Assembly (NCBI GenBank): GCA_045648785.1
Contig: JAZROP010000018.1
Location: 4,311-68,310, forward strand
Length of the DNA stretch: 64,000 nt
Source: Clostridia bacterium
Lineage (GTDB): Bacteria; Bacillota; Clostridia; RUG12999
Reading direction: 5' to 3'
Position numbers and translations under genes: made by a program. This document shows positions 59,696 through 64,000 of this stretch, one piece after another. Each line of letters starts with the position of its first letter. The first letter of the stretch is position 1. The notes under the pieces are model-generated. The model saw nothing but the letters and a program-made list of their open reading frames with translations, was not told the origin of the DNA and did no database searches.

Positions 59696-60696
59696 TGTGG
59701 TATGAATCCTGCGGAAAAGATACCGATGTTGTTATAAGCACCCGTATCCGTCTGGCTCGAAATCTCTCTGATAAACCTTTCCCCGGCAAAATGTCTGCCG
59801 AGGAAGCAAATGAAATTATAGCAAAAACAAAAAAAGCTCTGCAAGGCGAAAAACTTGATTTTATCAATGTCTCCTCCGCTCAACCGCTTTATAATACTAT
59901 TCTTCTCGAAGACCACCTTGTAAGCAGCGAGCTTATATCTTCTAAAAATCCCTGCGGTGTATTTGTTGGTGAAAATTTAAGTATTATGGTGAATGAGGAG
60001 GACCATCTCCGTATTCAATATATTATGGGCGGCTATGACCTCGAAAAAGCTTATGAGGAAATATCCGCAGCAGATTTAGCTCTTGAAAAGGAGCTTTCCT
60101 ACGCTTTCAGCGAAAAATACGGGTATCTTACAAAATGTCCTACCAATGCTGGCACAGGCATGAGAGCTTCTGTGATGTTACATCTGCCTGCGCTGACCAT
60201 TTCCGAAAATATTAACACCATTATAAACGCCGTAAGCAAGCTTGGGGTTACCGTCCGCGGAATGTATGGCGAAAACAGTAGCGCAAACGCTTATATATAT
60301 CAGGTGTCAAACCAGCTCACTCTGGGTATTTCCGAGGAAGAAACCTTAAAAAAGCTCCGTGATGTGGTAGATATGATTATCGAAAAGGAACGCCATATTT
60401 GCAAAACCCTGTATGACAATAATCCCATCGCTTTCAGCGACAAGGTTTTCCGTGCCTTTGGCACACTATCAAATGCTTATACAATGAGTACACAAGAGTT
60501 CATGAGCCTTATTCCTTATGTTAAAATGGGTGTGTGTGCAGGACTTTTTGAAAACTTAAATGCTGCGGGACTCAACAAGCTCATAATAACCATGCAACCG
60601 GCTCATGTTACAAAACTTATTGATGATGACAATATTCGTCGGCGTGACGAAACCCGCGCCGCTCTGCTTCGAGATTTTTTCAAAGAAAAGAGGTAA
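59695..60696 (+). CDS. mcsB: Protein arginine kinase
   Basis: STRIRLARN; NEEDHLRIQ; GYLTKCPTNAGTGMRAS; QVSNQ.TLG. Confidence 0.94.
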   Translation: MWYESCGKDTDVVISTRIRLARNLSDKPFPGKMSAEEANEIIAKTKKALQGEKLDFINVSSAQPLYNTILLEDHLVSSELISSKNPCGVFVGENLSIMVNEEDHLRIQYIMGGYDLEKAYEEISAADLALEKELSYAFSEKYGYLTKCPTNAGTGMRASVMLHLPALTISENINTIINAVSKLGVTVRGMYGENSSANAYIYQVSNQLTLGISEEETLKKLRDVVDMIIEKERHICKTLYDNNPIAFSDKVFRAFGTLSNAYTMSTQEFMSLIPYVKMGVCAGLFENLNAAGLNKLIITMQPAHVTKLIDDDNIRRRDETRAALLRDFFKEKR

Positions 60697-60702
60697 AATA
60701 TT

Positions 60703-63141
60703 ATGGAAATAAACGGTTTTAAACTTACTGAACGCGCCGCTATCGCCATTCGTTATGCTCAGGAAGGTGCAATAGAATTAGGTGGCGGTGTTGTGGGCAC
60801 AGAACACCTGCTTTTAGGTCTTGTCCGCGCCGGCGACGGCATTGCAGCCAAGGCACTTGAATCTCGCGGTGTCACATATGAGGAAATCCATGATGCGCTT
60901 GCAAAATATTACAATTCCGCACCCGAAACCGGCGGAAATGTGCAGTTTACTCCCCGAACAAAAAATGTGCTTGAGCTAAGCGTAATTCAGGCTCGCAAGC
61001 TTGGTAATAACTATATTGGTACCGAGCATATTCTGCTTGCAATTCTTGCAGAGGGCGAAGGGCTTGCCATCAGATTACTTGCTGAATTCGGGATTGATCC
61101 GGCAGATTTATATGCCTACATTATAAAGTCACTTGCCGACGAAAATCCTTTTTCCTCCAAAGGGACTGCAACCGCTTCAGGAAAATCAACTCCCGAGCTT
61201 AATAAATTCGGACGCGACCTGACAGAGCTTGCTAAAGCAGGAAAAATCGACCCGGTAATTGGCAGAAGCGAGGAAATTGACCGTGTTGTACAGATTTTGA
61301 GTCGCCGCACAAAAAACAACCCCTGTCTTATAGGCGAACCCGGTGTTGGTAAAACGGCGGTCGCTGAAGGACTTGCTCAGCATATTATAAACGGTAATGT
61401 GCCCGAAATTCTAAAAAACAAGCGCCTATTCGCACTTGACCTTTCTTCAATGCTTGCCGGAGCAAAATACCGAGGCGAGTTCGAAGAACGCCTTAAAAAG
61501 GCTATGGAAGAGGTTGTAAAAGCAGGTGATGTAATAATTTTTATTGATGAAATCCACACCATAATCGGAGCCGGTGCAGCCGAAGGTGCGATTGATGCCG
61601 CCAACATTTTAAAACCGGCACTTGCCCGTGGCGAATTGCAGGTAATTGGTGCAACAACTTTGGACGAATACCGTAAACACATCGAAAAGGATGCGGCTTT
61701 AGAACGCCGTTTTCAGCCTGTAACCGTGGGCGAGCCCTCCGAAGAAGAGGCTGTTTTAATTCTCAAAGGAATTCGTGATAAGTACGAGGCACATCATAAG
61801 GTAACAATTACCGACGATGCAATAGAAACCGCAGTTTCCCTTTCAGTCCGCTACATCCCCGATCGTTTTCTGCCCGATAAGGCAATCGATTTAATTGATG
61901 AGGCAGCATCTGCTATGCGTATGAAAGTGCTGACCGCACCACCCTCTCTTAAAGAGCTTGAGAACAAAATTGCGGCTACTGCCAAAGAAAAAGAGGCTGC
62001 AATTTCCATTCAGGATTACGAACGAGCTGCAAAACTACGCGATGAAGAAAATAAGCTGAAAAAACAGCTTGAGGAAGAAAAGAAAAGCTGGTCAGATGAA
62101 AACGGGGCTAAAAAATTGTCGATTGGCGCTGAGGAAATTGCTGAAAAAATTTCAAGTTGGACAAATATTCCCGTTCAGAAGTTAACCCAGGGGGACAGCG
62201 AACGGCTAAAAAACCTAGAATCAGTTCTGCACGAAAGAGTGGTCGGTCAGGAAGAGGCTGTAAGCGCAGTTGCAAGGGCAATCCGCCGTGGTAGGGTGGG
62301 GCTCAAGGACCCCAAACGCCCCATCGGAAGTTTTATATTCCTAGGTCCAACCGGTGTTGGTAAAACTGAGCTTTCAAAAGCACTTGCCGAGGCGATGTTT
62401 GGCGACGAATCGGCTATGATTCGGGTTGACATGTCTGAATATATGGAGAAACACTCGGTATCCCGACTTGTAGGCTCTCCTCCGGGATATGTCGGATATG
62501 ACGAGGGCGGTCAGCTTACCGAAAAGGTAAGAAGAAAACCTTACTCTGTAATTTTATTTGACGAAATCGAAAAAGCTCACCCCGATGTATTTAATATCAT
62601 GCTACAGATTATGGATGATGGAATTTTAACAGATTCTCAGGGCAGGCGTGTAGATTTCAGAAATACTGTTATTATAATGACCTCAAACATTGGCGCAAGG
62701 CTAATTACCGACACAGCCAAAACCTTTGGATTTGGCGCATCGGATGATGCAGAGGCTAATAATTATGAGAGAATTAAAGAAAATGTTTTAAGCGAGCTTA
62801 AAAAAGCGTTCAGGCCAGAATTTATTAATCGTGTTGACGAAATTATAGTTTTTCATCAATTAAATAAAGAGCATATTGAAAACATTGCTGATATTATGCT
62901 GAAAGGCATGGTTAAACGACTCAGCGCAAGCGGAATTTATGCTGAATATACGCCCGAACTTGTAAAATATGTAGCTGAAGCGGGGTTTGACACCGTTTAC
63001 GGAGCAAGACCACTTAAAAGAGCAATTCAATCTAAGGTGGAAGATAAACTTGCCGAAGAAATGCTTGACAGTGCCGTTTCCGAAGGTGACAAAATTCTAA
63101 TTGATTATAAAGATGAAAAACTAACGGTTAATAAAATGTAA
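60703..63141 (+). CDS. clpC: ATP-dependent Clp protease ATPase ClpC
   Basis: Double Clp-N; GEPGVGKT; UVR middle domain; GPTGVGKT; TFGF ClpP-binding loop. Confidence 0.96.
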   Translation: MEINGFKLTERAAIAIRYAQEGAIELGGGVVGTEHLLLGLVRAGDGIAAKALESRGVTYEEIHDALAKYYNSAPETGGNVQFTPRTKNVLELSVIQARKLGNNYIGTEHILLAILAEGEGLAIRLLAEFGIDPADLYAYIIKSLADENPFSSKGTATASGKSTPELNKFGRDLTELAKAGKIDPVIGRSEEIDRVVQILSRRTKNNPCLIGEPGVGKTAVAEGLAQHIINGNVPEILKNKRLFALDLSSMLAGAKYRGEFEERLKKAMEEVVKAGDVIIFIDEIHTIIGAGAAEGAIDAANILKPALARGELQVIGATTLDEYRKHIEKDAALERRFQPVTVGEPSEEEAVLILKGIRDKYEAHHKVTITDDAIETAVSLSVRYIPDRFLPDKAIDLIDEAASAMRMKVLTAPPSLKELENKIAATAKEKEAAISIQDYERAAKLRDEENKLKKQLEEEKKSWSDENGAKKLSIGAEEIAEKISSWTNIPVQKLTQGDSERLKNLESVLHERVVGQEEAVSAVARAIRRGRVGLKDPKRPIGSFIFLGPTGVGKTELSKALAEAMFGDESAMIRVDMSEYMEKHSVSRLVGSPPGYVGYDEGGQLTEKVRRKPYSVILFDEIEKAHPDVFNIMLQIMDDGILTDSQGRRVDFRNTVIIMTSNIGARLITDTAKTFGFGASDDAEANNYERIKENVLSELKKAFRPEFINRVDEIIVFHQLNKEHIENIADIMLKGMVKRLSASGIYAEYTPELVKYVAEAGFDTVYGARPLKRAIQSKVEDKLAEEMLDSAVSEGDKILIDYKDEKLTVNKM

Positions 63142-63175
63142 ATTAAAAAAAGACGGAAATTTATTCCGTCCTTTT

Positions 63176-63427
63176 TTATATAAAAAGTTTTAGTATAAAT
63201 AGCATAATAAATCCGGGCAGTCCAAGAAATCCGCATATAAGGCAGGTTACACCATTTACGCCAATATTAATATTAAATGGGGCACCAAGAAAATTTACCA
63301 GAATCAGTGCAAGCATACCAAAAATACTGTTATAAAACAGTTTCCACACCTTTCCAAAATTTGAAAAAATAAGCCAGATACAAAGAAGAACCCCTATCAG
63401 CATTATTATAAATTCAAAAACATTCAT
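63176..63427 (-). CDS. BofA-family pro-sigmaK processing inhibitor
   Basis: Small hydrophobic protein; NS..G..AL..VN; IGVN..T..I.GFLGLPG. Confidence 0.8.
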   Translation of the reverse strand: MNVFEFIIMLIGVLLCIWLIFSNFGKVWKLFYNSIFGMLALILVNFLGAPFNINIGVNGVTCLICGFLGLPGFIMLFILKLFI

Positions 63428-63521
63428 ATCTCATCCCCCATAATATATTTTATTTTAGGAAAATGCGATATAGAACAAAAATGCTAGAACAGATACACAC
63501 ATCTCACACTAAAATATAAAG

Positions 63522-63551
63522 AAAAAAGAGACGCGTTAAACGCGTCTCTTA
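63522..63551 (-). terminator. Terminator of the S-layer-like gene
   Basis: AAGAGACGCG-TTAAA-CGCGTCTCTT with a flanking A-tract. Confidence 0.75.
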
Positions 63552-63569
63552 ATTTATTAGGCTCAACAA

Positions 63570-64000
63570 TTATCTGTCGTTAGCGATTACTACGAATTCA
63601 GAAATTCTTGTACCAGCAGAAATCTTAGCGAATACCATGTCACCGTCAAATACTTCTGTAGGTGTTTCAACTACAGCGTCAAATACGATGTCAGAAGCTT
63701 CAGCTACCATAACTTTACCAGCAGCAGTTGTGAATGCGTCGTAAGATGTACCAAATGCTGTGGATGCGAAAGAGTAAACAGGAGCAGCGGAATCATCACT
63801 CTTAAGTGTGAGTTTGCCGTTCTTGAGTTCTTTAGCATAACCGAATACGAATTTGTATTCTGTACCGCTTACAGATTCTGTAGAAAGAACTGTTGTAGAT
63901 GTGGAGTTACCGTCGATTGTAGAAAGTGCACCGTAAGAACCAGAAGTTGTTACATCACTTGCATCAACGAGAACGATTACATCGTGAGCTTCACCCTTAG
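63570..64000 (-). CDS. 3' end of a highly expressed Ser/Thr/Val/Ala-rich surface protein, probably S-layer (partial; absent from the ORF track)
   Basis: Open frame ..YKFVFGYAKELKNGKLTL..FDGDMVFAKISAGTRISEFVVIANDR*; strongly optimal codons (GGT, GCT, TTC, ATC, AAC, TAC). Confidence 0.6.
   Translation of the reverse strand, partial: KGEAHDVIVLVDASDVTTSGSYGALSTIDGNSTSTTVLSTESVSGTEYKFVFGYAKELKNGKLTLKSDDSAAPVYSFASTAFGTSYDAFTTAAGKVMVAEASDIVFDAVVETPTEVFDGDMVFAKISAGTRISEFVVIANDR

Noticed and set aside
1-64000. CRISPR arrays, IS elements, prophage, tRNA or rRNA genes
   Set aside because: No repeat-spacer periodicity, transposase/integrase/phage motifs or cloverleaf/rRNA signatures noticed by eye; no flanking direct repeats seen around the 5754-7395 islet.

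Overview
A chromosomal window from a spore-forming, low-GC Clostridia (Bacillota) genome. Most of it is core housekeeping: whiA-dnaE; sigG; an EF-G paralogue; the long minus-strand miaB-ylbF-mutS-mutL-miaA-(HlyD-like)-yggS-sepF-yggT-ylmH-divIVA-ileS-trmD run; GT4::CsaB-ruvX-DUF1292-6S RNA; metY; nnr-lolA-like-alr-ndoAI-ndoA; rplU-prp-rpmA with its leader; obgE-nadD-yqeK-LCP-rsfS-leuS-comEA-mnmE-tsaD-fhs; ctsR-mcsA-mcsB-clpC; bofA; and the 3' end of a probable S-layer gene. I see no IS, prophage, CRISPR, rRNA or tRNA. The most unusual part is an AT-rich islet at 5754-7395. It encodes a secreted papain-fold cysteine protease with no propeptide, next to a membrane-anchored protein resembling a staphopain prodomain (a possible split zymogen or protease/inhibitor pair). 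Upstream lies an unannotated 24-codon leader ORF with alternative terminator/antiterminator pairings (a candidate attenuator). Other oddities are three pseudogenes condensed by several internal deletions, a dense DnaA-box cluster upstream of fhs, an EF-G2 that has lost the G4 Asp, and a MutL with a degenerate endonuclease motif. All family assignments come from motif recognition by eye; no searches were run.
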